From Macrostomum lignano (Eukaryota), in NCBI GenBank assembly GCA_002269645.1, contig NIVC01000111.1, forward strand, positions 248,001 to 312,000: a DNA stretch of 64,000 nt. The letters are read 5' to 3'. The notes beneath the pieces are model-generated. The model did no database searches and had not been told where the DNA came from. It was given only the letters and a program-made list of their open reading frames with translations. A program made the position numbers and the translations under genes. This document shows, piece by piece, positions 12,771 to 23,558 of this stretch (positions within the stretch are counted from its first letter, which is position 1; each line of letters opens with the position of its first letter).

Positions 12771-14413
12771 AGCAGTGGTATTGAAAACTCAAATCACTGT
12801 TTTATTGAATATGTTTAATGTATTTTAACCTCAAATAATTTAAAATACAGGAGTGCGATGTAGATGTACATGTAGCTTCAAAGGCTAAAAAGTTTTCTTT
12901 TTGCAGGAGCTCCAAAAACCCAAGAATGCAAGTGGCATCTTAGCATCTCCTCTTAAGCAGTCTCTGGCCAGATACAGTTCCCCATCATGGTTCGAATTAT
13001 TTTCTCTTACCCTATCCCCAGGTCTACTAATATTCAAATCATTGGACATTGATTTTTACGACTCTATACTCACGATACGTACTGTTCTACTTAATGGCTG
13101 AAGTAAGTAGTATGATACGCGTTAAATTGTGCTTCCTTATCCGTATGAAAATTCTACTTAACTTAAATCAGTGCTGATCCCTGAAGCAATACCTAAAAAG
13201 GCCGAAATCCGCGCAATTCCAGCACTTTTTAATCTGCTAGTTTTTATTTAGATAAATTAGAAACATTGAAAATAATTATTTCAACTGTAAGTTGCCGAGA
13301 ATATTAAAGTATTACTATATTATAACGATTTAGCTAATTACACCAAGAGTCATGACAAAGGAAAGGGCGGTCTCGACACTCGTACGTAGTGCAAGTGGGG
13401 CTTACATTGAAAAGGTTTTTTAAAGTTGATTTATTAAATGAATTGAATTTTAACAATCCACTGTATCCACATTATGCTAAGAGTCAGAATTAGTAATGCT
13501 GGTATGATTGTTAGTATTATAAGCAAAGCAATTCAGTTAGAACGTTAATTAGTCATTAAAAAAGTCAAGGGGCCGGGTAATAAACAAGAAAACAACCGTC
13601 CGTCTGTCTGTTGATCAGTCTGAAGTACTTGAAGAGTAGCAATCTAGTCATGTGAAAGTCTGCATGAGTCTAGACTGGTACTCCGCAAGCCTGTCAGATT
13701 CATTGATGAAGCAGCAAGTTGCTGCGTTGGCAAGTAAGTTTCACACAACAGTCAACACAAGATTTGCCTGGCGCAGTCAAAGCCTTGCGGTGTCGTGTTT
13801 AAAAAACAGACCGGGAAATGGGACAAAAAACTGACAACTGGTAAGAACTAACCGTGGCCCGTGGCCGTGGGACGAATCCGAAGATCAAATGAGAAAATTT
13901 AATACAACCAACTGGTGTTAAAAAAACCGTCTGAGGCTAAGCGAGCAGCAGCGGTAGCTGGCGGCACAAGCAGAGGGCAGACAACTTCGCAGCTAACTGC
14001 AGGTCTAAATTCAAAAGTTAAAAATAAAGTTAAAAATAATCAAGTCACATGATATACTGAAGCTTAACTAAATGGCACACGAACTAACTAGGGAGAAGAG
14101 GAAGGCAGCCACCGAAGCACGCGCACACTCGGCCGGGCGCGGCTGGGCTTGGTTTTTATAGACTGGGGTCCCTTTTCTCCTCTTTCTCTCTTACCCCCTC
14201 TTGCAAATAAGTGGCCCCTCACTTGGGCTGGGTGGAGCGTTTGCGGCGGATAGATATTTCAACGGGTCGATTGTACATTATGGGTGGGGCTTGGAGGGGA
14301 GAGCTGAAGAGTCCCCCTGCCCCAGCGCGTACACTTGAACCCCACAACCCCCCGCTGTTTCTGTTCTGTCCAGAAGGGAACCACACCAAGCCTGGAAATA
14401 GGAGAGACCCAGC

Positions 14414-16712
14414 CAAGGAATTCTAAACCTAGCAAGTCTGGAATAGACACTCACAGAGAGGGAGGAAAAACCGATACCAAATAGGGCCGCCCGAAAAAGG
14501 CTCCTCCCTTGCTTCCCAACCGTTTTTTGAGCCTGCCTGCCTGGGCCGGCTTCATATCAGGGCCTGTCCATTGTCCAACTTCCCAAAATGTACAGGGGAA
14601 CCTAGACCCTACACATTGAAAGGGTTAGTACGAACTGAGGAACGGAGGAACCGAAATCAAGCTGGCGCATGTTTCTGGTGTACGACCAAGTGTAGCTGTC
14701 TTTACTGGGAAGGGCAGGAGAGTTTATGGGGGACCAAGCACTATGCCCATAGTACATCCATGTACGCTCACTTGACTCACTGAATTACTAGGCCCCATAA
14801 GTTATGAAGAAGAGCCTCTTTATTGTAAGGGCAAAGGCAAGACACAGAAGACCACTTTGGAGCTGTCTAGAACCTGCGAAAAAAGCACCAAAATTTGACC
14901 ATTAAATTGCAATGCCAAGCAAGTGTGCAGCCTTCGGTCGGTTGCAAATCAAGCTATGTCTCTACAACTACTTCGGCAGAAATTTCGTTTTAACACAAGT
15001 TTCCTATCAAAGCTGGAGTTTTGGCCAAATGGCTACGCGACCTGTCCCGAGAACCAACTTTTCAACCCACTCAGCATTCCTGAGTCTGCTCTCTGCATTT
15101 TGTCGAATCGGACTTCACCACCGACTATCAGGACTGCAATGCATCTCGGAAAAGGGCAAAGACAATGGAGCCGCTCGCACAAAAAGATGGCTCAAGGAGT
15201 ATGCAGTCCCAACGCAGTTTCAGACCATGCCAGCCTACTTTACAAAAAATCCACCAGTCGTGAGGTCAAACAGAGCCACGTCAGTGCGGCGTCATAAAGC
15301 AAGCATTGCACAGCAGGAGAAGCGAGAGAAAGAATTTTTGCGGGTGAGACTCCCAGTACTCTCGACGATGTGGTAACTCGGTTTGCTACTGAACCTGCAC
15401 CATCCGGATTCGCCATTTTTCAATCTGCTGGTTCAATTAATCTAATGCTGATGGCACCTGGTCCACCCCAGACAGTCAAGAGCAGCATCATCGTGAACAA
15501 TAGACTGGAAGTCGCTGTCTACCACGGCAAGCAAGTTGTGTCACCGAAGCAATACGTTCGCATCATTTCGCCGGAGAGCGCTTTTCTAAGCTCCTCTCCT
15601 CAGCTGACGAATCTCATTGCATTTGTTAAGAATGCTGTGGAATCAGACAGTCTTGCTCCGGATCACAAGCAAGCAGCTCTTGAAGAGTCTGGAGCTTCTC
15701 CACCAGCAAGACCACGTGTCTAATGCAGACTCAACTTGCCTCACTTTCTTGATTGAGCAGCTGAAATTGCTGGATGTGGACAAGCATGGTCGGCGATATT
15801 CACCAAAACTGCTGGTATTCTCCAATATTCTATTCTCCGTGAGTTCAGCTGCTTATCAGCGTGTTCTGGAGACAAATTCCTTAGCTCTACCTTCAATCAT
15901 TCAATCAAAACGCAGAGGCTTGTGACGCGGAGGATGGACTCGACTACAGGACTGGGCAACTGCGAATATCTAAAGCTGCGCTACGACCTACGACACACTT
16001 CACGCCTATGAGACCAACGTAAATCCGGCTGATTGATGAGATTTATCCCAGCAAGCGGGTCGAGATGAGCGGTGGAGAATTGCATGGTCTCACAGAAGCC
16101 GGAAATGTTGCCCAGACTGCTCTGTGCTTCATTTTAAAATCGGCAATGACAAAGTACCGCGACTTGGTCGGAATTTTCCCAATGAGCAACCTGAAGGCTG
16201 AGACACTGCATAAGTGCTACCTGAAAGTCATGCCGATGCTGCAAAACATTGGATACAACGTCGTGGCTATATGCGTTGACAATGCGGCGGCCTTCTTATT
16301 GTAATCCCAATCAATTTTTGAAACTTTACTATTATGCGCTGCCATCTTTGGTTTATTGCATGTTACAAAAAGCCTTTTCGTATGAATCGTGTAAATCGAG
16401 ATAAATAATATATATAAAAAATCGACTGCAATGAAACATAAATCTGCGTCGTTTTTGCGAGTCGAGCAGAATAGTTCTAATATTAATAATGATATGCTTT
16501 CAATTTTATTTGTAGCATTAGTTATTACTAGAGTTATTACTAGCAATACAATTGGAATAATTGTTCAATAATTTTGTTATTTGCATGCTCATGCCCAATA
16601 AATACGCATGATTCACTCGCTGGCCGAATGGGTGCAGTGGAACAGTCGGCCCTATTTGGTATTCAGCCAATTAGAGTGTCCATTCCAGACTTGCTAGGTT
16701 TAGAATTCCTTG
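14414..16712 (+). mobile_element. P-superfamily (THAP) DNA transposon, internally deleted and decayed
   Basis: 39-bp TIR caaggaattctaaacctagcaagtctggaat(a/g)gacactc at 14414-14452 and inverted at 16674-16712, 1 mismatch. 7-bp direct repeat acccagc on both flanks (14407-14413, 16713-16719). THAP and P-transposase remnants inside. Confidence 0.9.
14912..16290 (+). pseudogene. Frameshifted THAP-domain P-element transposase (N-terminal half only)
   Basis: Joined frames read MPSKCAAFG/CKSSY...HKFPIKAGVLAKWLRDLSR...PTQHS*VCSLHFVESDF (THAP zinc finger), YSPKLLVFSNILFSVSSAAYQRV...LPS, then LIDEIY and VAICVDNA (first two catalytic acidic positions). The sequence then breaks into AT-rich DNA. Confidence 0.85.
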
Positions 16713-18539
16713 ACCCAGCCCACGACTGAATGCGGAGAGACATGGCCCTTCAATCCCACCCCACTGTGTTAATTGGCTAAGTTTTATGAGGTTGGACGCG
16801 GCTTTCATCGACCCGGCCAAGGCGCACGAGTCCACTACAGGACCGAGCCTGCCTGCCCCACCCGCAAATGCGACGATAGATCAAACTAAAGCTTGAATGG
16901 GAGAGAAAGAAATCTTCATTTTAATAAGAGAAAGAAAAACAAGCCTGCCAAAGATGACGCATCGGCTAAACGAGGCGGGCCGCCCTCTCATAGCCTCCTC
17001 TCCTCCGCCTCCATTTACCTCAATCTAGCGTACGCACACACATTATAGTTACCTTTCCGCAGGGCGCAGGCCGGTAACGCAATTTAATTTTCTGCAGCCC
17101 AGCATTCTTAACCAGCTATTTCTGTCAAGAAAAAAAATATGAAGTGTAGCATTGAAGCCGAGCAGCGCAGCGTGGGGTAGGTTTTAGTCGGCCCCCACGG
17201 TGATCAAATTTTTAAGCAAAGGTGAAAGATTTGAAGCAGCAAGCAAGCAGGCAATGCTCCAATGCTCCACTTAATCTCAAGCTGAGCTCGAAATGGTTTT
17301 ATTTTATTCTTGCGGCATTCTTGCCATGTGGTCTGTGGTGGAGTTCTTGTAGCCATCCATTCGATTCGGTTTAGTTGCAAGTTTTAAGTTAGCTTATAAA
17401 GCGAATCGAATGTTTGCGAACTTGCGAAGTTCTGAGATGTGTGTAAAATGGAAAGCTTATAATTATTTTGTTATACTTTGGGCAGAGTCTGCTGGAAGCT
17501 CGAAGCGAGCTTTAAGATTTTCTACGTATTCCGTGTGGCCTGGCCTTTGAATTTAGAGAGTAAAATTGTTTTTTTCTTACTGTTATGATGAACTCCAAGT
17601 TTTACACAGAACTAACAATGCGTGAGTCTGGTAAGCCTGAACTCTACAGGTTCTTAAAAGTGAACTGCTAAGCTAAAGTAGGACGACTCAAGCGTAACAG
17701 TAAATATCTTGCTCCAAAAGTTAAGTTCGCGAATAGCGAATTGAAATAGATTTTGGTAAACAACTAGTAGCAGGTAAAACAATACATGACAAAATTTCAT
17801 CACGAGTAACATCAGATTATGAATAACAGAAAAGACAGCACAAAACGAACTCAGAATCAAAATTTACCATGCTTACAGATAACATGTGAGTGTAAGTGTT
17901 CAAAGTGGCCAAAATCACGTTGCAGTTGCCGCGTTGCAAAAAATCGCGCCTTTCGAAATTGGCGCACGGTCCGTCAACACAGCCTTTGGGATCTAAAAGC
18001 GGGCAAAAGACCATGGCAGGTGCGAAAGATGCATAAGGGATTTTTCACAGAAAAATGCATCAATTAATGCAATTTTTCCAATCGGAAGCACCATGCAGAC
18101 TTCATTTCTTCACACAGTTTTTTTGTCGCAGATCGTCGCAGCCAATTTTGTTTAAAAAAGCATCCTTTGACTTTCCCTCGCCATCTGGGTTCAAAGCGGA
18201 GATGGAGCAATTATCCATCTCCAGTTAAAAAGATTCTGTCTGTTATAAACATCACCGAAAGAAAAACATGGCACATCAAAGGCGCCGTGCTTAAAACACC
18301 TGCAGCATTCCAATTCAGGTGTGCAATGAGCAGTTTTTTTAATCGAAGCCAGATTTTCTACGGATGCGTGCGCGTCATCAAAAAAGATTTCTTTCCAATT
18401 CTTCGTAGAAAAATCTTGGAAAATAGTAAAAACATTTTTCTTATTGCGATGCGTCGACTCTTGTTGGTCACCAAAGTGGACTCATTGATCGCCAAGGTAG
18501 ACTCATTGGTCGCCAAAGTGGACTCATTGGTCTTCTAGG

Positions 18540-18870
18540 TTTTATGGTGTGGGGGGAGGACAAAGGCAAAAATTTTACATGACTAAATTTCTCCATTATT
18601 TTTGGAATCGGTGCATGCTGTTAGCACTCATTTTGGCGCCGCAGACACTTGTTCTGGCGCCGCATACACTTGTTCTGGCGCCGCAGACAGCTCAGGCACT
18701 CATTCTGGCGCCAAAGGCGCTATATTTTGGCGCCCTGTAGCAATTGATCAATTTCCATAACAGGTCACAAGGTGGGACAATAAAGCATTGGCATTAACCC
18801 CCGGGGCCCCCATAGCGCGCTTTTACTGGGGAGGGGGAGAAATGTCCCCCCCGCGGTTGCACAAGCCACG
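18540..18870. mobile_element. Diverged copy of the MITE family at 27948-28587
   Basis: Shares gcactcattttggcgccgcag, tttatggtg...gggacaaag and atgtcccccc motifs; ends not resolved. Confidence 0.5.
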
Positions 18871-19499
18871 GTGATCAGATACAGTGAATTAATTCAAAGG
18901 CTGCTGGGTGAATTTAATGTTAAGTACTGTTGTACAGACAAAAAATTGTCATCCTATTTCGTTAAACTTTAATTCTGCTTATACATTTTTGTATCAAATT
19001 AAAAACTCGGAGGCAAAAATTTCTCCATTTTTTTTGTCACACGCGGCACGCCTTGTTTTAAGAGACGCAGCTGATATCGAGTTCGAAAGTCGTCCGGGGA
19101 AGCGTGCAGCGTCATATTCAGGAACCCTATTCCATTGCATCAAGCTAGACTGCAGGAAAATCACGCGATTTGCCAAAAAGTGTGAGGCATTTCTGTCAGC
19201 TTTAAGCCATCCTCCGGCATCCGACAGTCTAATACTAATCCTAATCTTAAGCCTAGCTTTCATCGAATGCGTAAATTTTTGTTGAAAAAAGCAGAAAGTA
19301 ATGGCTGTGACTGAAAATTAAAGCTCTTGCATCGGCAAGACGAGTCTTCACTACTCCACAGCCAATTTTTGATCAAATACGTGTGTGCGCACGATATATT
19401 ATTTATTATTTCTAATCGATTTTAGCTGAGAATTTTTCCAGATACATTAAAGTGTTGGCGGTATATGGGTCGATGGAAAGAGCGGATGAAGGGCGGAAA

Positions 19500-20270
19500 G
19501 GCTGATATAATTGGCGGTGGTTTTAATGGGGTGAAAGTTACGGATAAGTGAAAGGGCGGATAGGTGAAAGGGTTGGAAAAGATTAAAGGGGCCGATAGGT
19601 GAAAGAGGTTGATAGGTTAAAGGGGCGGATAGGTGAAAGGGGCGGATAGTGGAAAGGGCGGATAGGTGAAAGGGGCGGATAGTGGAAAGGGCGGATAGGT
19701 GAAAGGGGCGGATAGTGGAAAGGGCGGATAGGTGAAAGGGGTGGATAAGGTGAAAGGGGTGGATAAGGTGAAAGGGGTGGATAAGGTGAAAGAGGTGGAT
19801 AGGTGAAAGGGGTGGATAAGGTGAAAGAGGTGGATAGGTGAAAGGGGTGGATAAGGTGAAAGAGGTGGATAGGTGAAAGGGGTGGATAAGGTGAAAGGGG
19901 TGGATAAGGTGAAAGAGGTGGATAGGTGAAAGGGGTGGATAGGTAAAAGGGGTGGATAAGGTGAAAGGGGCCGTAGGTGGAAGAAGTGGATAGGTTAAAG
20001 GGGCGGATAGGTGAAAGGAGTGGATAAGGTGAAAGGGGCCGTAGGTGGAAGAAGTGGATAGGTTAAAGGGGCGGATAGGTGAAAGGAGTGGATAAGGTGA
20101 AAGGGGCCGTAGGTGGAAGAAGTGGATAGGTTAAAGGGGCGGATAGGTGAAAGGAGTGGATAAGGTGAAAGGGGCCGTAGGTGGAAGAAGTGGATAGGTT
20201 AAAGGGGCGGATAGGTGAAAGGAGTGGATAAGGTGAAAGGGGCCGTAGGTGGAAGAAGTGGATAGGTAGA
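19500..20270. repeat. G/purine-rich minisatellite built on ggata(a)ggtgaaagggg
   Basis: Read directly. Confidence 0.9.
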
Positions 20271-21338
20271 AACGGTAACAAATTTATGCAGCAAACTTGA
20301 CAACATGACTTCTTGGAGCCCATTGGGGACTGGCACGCACAGCACAAGCAGGTTTATTTAAAGACTATAGTCGTAGAGAGGAGAGGCGATCAAATCAAGC
20401 CTTACAGGAGGTCCCTGGAGGTCCTCCTTGTGCGTCATTAGCCTGGAAAAAAATGGCTGAGCCGAGGAGAAACCAGCTGCAACCAGCTCCAAGCTGCAGC
20501 GACTAATTGGGCGGTCCTTATGGATTTGGCGTAGATTTTTATTTATAGGATTAGCCATTCCTGCCTTCCCCCCCCCCGTCTTTCTATCCCCGCATAGCGG
20601 AATAGTGCTGATGCTGGCAGCTTCATCGCTTTACGTATTTACGTGGACGCTTTTAACGTCATTTGTTTGCTTAAACTGCTGCGTGAACGGAACAGAGGCC
20701 AAACACTGCCAGTTCTGAGCTGCGTGGGCCGTGAGCACAGGAACCCATCCCCCTCTAACACCCGATAATACTGCAACGCGATTTGCCTTATCCCAGTTTT
20801 TTTGTCCCTTTTCTGGGCGCCTACCCATAGGGGATATTTTTCATTCCGCGTCAACTTGAGTCGCCGCACTACATCAAGTCAGGAAACGGGGCAGTGCTAT
20901 TTTTATCTCATTGGCGGCGGGCGGGCACACGCACCCGCTTCCCAACTCGCTTCTCTCAATACGCGCCAGCGCCATCCTTGTTTTTTCAGTTTCCCGGTCT
21001 TCCGCTCTTTCCATCCTCTTTTTCCGTCCGCTATCCCCTCTGCGGAGTTCCGCATTCACGAGATGCTTTGCCAAAGTGGGATTTGGCCGTGCGTGTTGCG
21101 CACGCACATGCACTTTCGTCCGCGCAGAGCTGCCGGCTGCTCTCACTCTCTACCGACTGCTCTCTGGCCTTCAGCCTCTCCCATTTGCCATCTCCTCTTC
21201 CCTTTTTTCCCCCATCCGTCCACCTTCAAACACAGCCGTCTCTTTCACTGCCCTTCCCCGCTGAACTCAACCTCTTCCCGATATGGGTTTGATATTCCGT
21301 CCGTTCGTGCACTGCGCATGGTTAAACCAGTCTCAGGA

Positions 21339-21352
21339 GTTACCATGGAAAC
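21339..21352. promoter_or_regulatory. Putative RFX X-box GTTACCATGGAAAC, ~300 bp upstream of the PC2 ATG
   Basis: Consensus match, identical to 5234-5247. Confidence 0.45.
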
Positions 21353-21653
21353 GCAGTGAACACATGGATGGACTGCCGGGATGCGGGAGAGAAGGGGATA
21401 GAAAAACTGGTACTCAGCTTCGATTTTTCCCTATCCCCCTCCCAGCTTCCTGTTCTCCTTCGCTCCGCTCCCTCCCTCGGCTCCGATTGCCATAAATGTC
21501 CTTGGAAGACGAAGGCTGAGAGCTGCTGATTTCCCTCGCCAGTCCTAAGCGGCTGCCCCCACTAATTCTCCATTCGAAGCTTCAGATCTGAAGCAGTCTA
21601 GGACTGTGCGACAGCGAGAAATCTTTTAATCAACGCGGAAAAACTAAGAGGTA

Positions 21654-23558
21654 ATGTTCAACAGGGCAGCCATCTTACTGGGATGGTGCCTACTAGTGAT
21701 CGCGGCTGTTACTTCTAGTAAGGAGAGCCTCTTCACCAACCACTTTCACGTCACTCTCAAGTCTGGAAATGAAGAAGTTGCCAAGAGGGTCGCCAGGGAC
21801 ACCGGGCTGAGGCTGGTCCGCCGCCACCTGGGCAAGGACACTGAGTTCCACTATGTTCACGACCAGGTACCCGAAGCCGATTCTGTTCTTAGCCGACACT
21901 TGCGATCCATCGCCGACCACGAGGACGTCACCAGAGTTGTCCAGCTGGAGGGATTCAAACGCGTGAAGCGTGGATTCAAGCCGGCCAAGGCCACTCAGTC
22001 CAGGCAAAAGCGTTCAGCTTCGTCTGATGAGCCCACCGACCCCATGTTCAAGAAGGAGTGGTACATCAAGAACACCGGTCAGGCTGGCGGCTACCCCGGC
22101 TTGGACTTGAATGTCCTGCCGGCCTGGAAGGAGGGCGTCACCGGCAACGGAGTCACCACGGCGATTATGGACGACGGCATCGACTACATGCACCCGGACC
22201 TGGCGCACAACTACAACATGGAGGCCAGCTATGACTTCAGCAGCAACGATCCGTACCCCTACCCGCGCTACACCGACGACTGGTTCAACAGCCACGGCAC
22301 CCGCTGCGCCGGCGAAATCTCGTCCAAGCGTGATAACGGAATCTGCGGTGTCGGTGTTGCCTACGGCAGCAAAATTGCCGGCCTTAGGATGCTCGACCAG
22401 CCCTACATGACCGACTTGATCGAGGCGGCCGCCATGTCCTACAAGCGGGACATCATTGACATCTACTCCGCCAGCTGGGGCCCAACTGACGATGGCAAAA
22501 CTGTCGACGGTCCGCGCAACGAGACGATGCGCGCCATCGTTGAGGGCGTCAACAAGGGCAGGAACGGCAAGGGCAGCATCTTCGTGTGGGCCAGCGGAGA
22601 CGGTGGTCCGGACGACGACTGCAACTGCGATGGTTACGCCGCCAGCATGTGGACCATCAGCATCAACTCTGCCACCAACGATGGCGAGACCGCTTTGTAC
22701 GATGAGTCCTGCTCCTCCACCTTGGCCTCTACCTTCTCCAATGGCAAGGCTTCGACTCTGGACGCTGGAGTTGCCACGGTTGACCTGTACGGAAAGTGCA
22801 CCCTGCATCACAGCGGCACCAGCGCCGCCGCTCCCGAGGCCGCTGGCGTGTTTGCTCTGGCCCTGGAGGCCAATTCGAACCTGACCTGGCGCGACATGCA
22901 GCACCTGGTGGTCCTGACCTCCAAGAGAAACCACCTGTACGATCCGAACGGCAAGCACGACTGGACTGTCAACTCAGCCGGCCTGGAGTTCAACCACCTG
23001 TTCGGCTACGGAGTTCTTGACGCTGGCGACATCGTGAAGACGGCCAGGGACTGGAAGACTGTGCCGGAGCGATTCCACTGCATCGCTGGCGAAGTGAAGA
23101 GGCTCTACCACTTCAACGTGCAGAATGCCATCGAGATGGAAATCGATACTGACGCCTGCAAGGACGATCCGAAGCACCGCATCAACTACATCGAGCACGT
23201 GCAGGCCTTCATCACGCTGAAGTCCACCAGGCGCGGTGACGTCACCGTGTTCTTGACTGCCCCGACCGGTACGACCTCGCTCATCCTGAGCAAGCGCCCG
23301 AAGGACGCGGACAGCAAGGTTGGATTTACCTCCTGGCCCTTCATGACGACGCACATGTGGGGCGAGTCACCTCGCGGCAAATGGAAGCTGAAGGTCGCCC
23401 TTGATGCCACCGACGCCAGCGTCCACGGAGTGATCAGCGAATGGGTTCTGGTGATCCACGGAACCCAGGAGCAGCCCTACAAGAAGCTGAGGAGCGGTCT
23501 CAGCAGCAAGATTGACGTCATCAAGAAGATCCACGAGAAGAAGAGTTACACTGAGTGA
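21654..23558 (+). CDS. PCSK2: Neuroendocrine prohormone convertase 2 (S8 subtilase/kexin family), 634 aa, CDS without introns
   Basis: Signal peptide; propeptide with RVKR and RQKR; catalytic D (IMDDGID), H (NSHGTRCAGE) and S (HSGTSAAAPEAAG); PC2-specific oxyanion Asp (WASGDGG); P-domain RRGD. Confidence 0.97.
   Translation: MFNRAAILLGWCLLVIAAVTSSKESLFTNHFHVTLKSGNEEVAKRVARDTGLRLVRRHLGKDTEFHYVHDQVPEADSVLSRHLRSIADHEDVTRVVQLEGFKRVKRGFKPAKATQSRQKRSASSDEPTDPMFKKEWYIKNTGQAGGYPGLDLNVLPAWKEGVTGNGVTTAIMDDGIDYMHPDLAHNYNMEASYDFSSNDPYPYPRYTDDWFNSHGTRCAGEISSKRDNGICGVGVAYGSKIAGLRMLDQPYMTDLIEAAAMSYKRDIIDIYSASWGPTDDGKTVDGPRNETMRAIVEGVNKGRNGKGSIFVWASGDGGPDDDCNCDGYAASMWTISINSATNDGETALYDESCSSTLASTFSNGKASTLDAGVATVDLYGKCTLHHSGTSAAAPEAAGVFALALEANSNLTWRDMQHLVVLTSKRNHLYDPNGKHDWTVNSAGLEFNHLFGYGVLDAGDIVKTARDWKTVPERFHCIAGEVKRLYHFNVQNAIEMEIDTDACKDDPKHRINYIEHVQAFITLKSTRRGDVTVFLTAPTGTTSLILSKRPKDADSKVGFTSWPFMTTHMWGESPRGKWKLKVALDATDASVHGVISEWVLVIHGTQEQPYKKLRSGLSSKIDVIKKIHEKKSYTE

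Noticed and set aside
17600-19300. Short ORFs as transposase fragments
   Set aside because: No recognisable catalytic or DNA-binding motif.
20340-20570. Possible solo LTRs here and at ~14100-14410, 33500-33860 and 38400-38760 (TATA- and polyA-like signals)
   Set aside because: No TG...CA ends, TSD or second copy could be established within the window.
21693-23410. Antisense and alternative-frame ORFs over PC2
   Set aside because: Shadow ORFs of GC3-rich codon usage.
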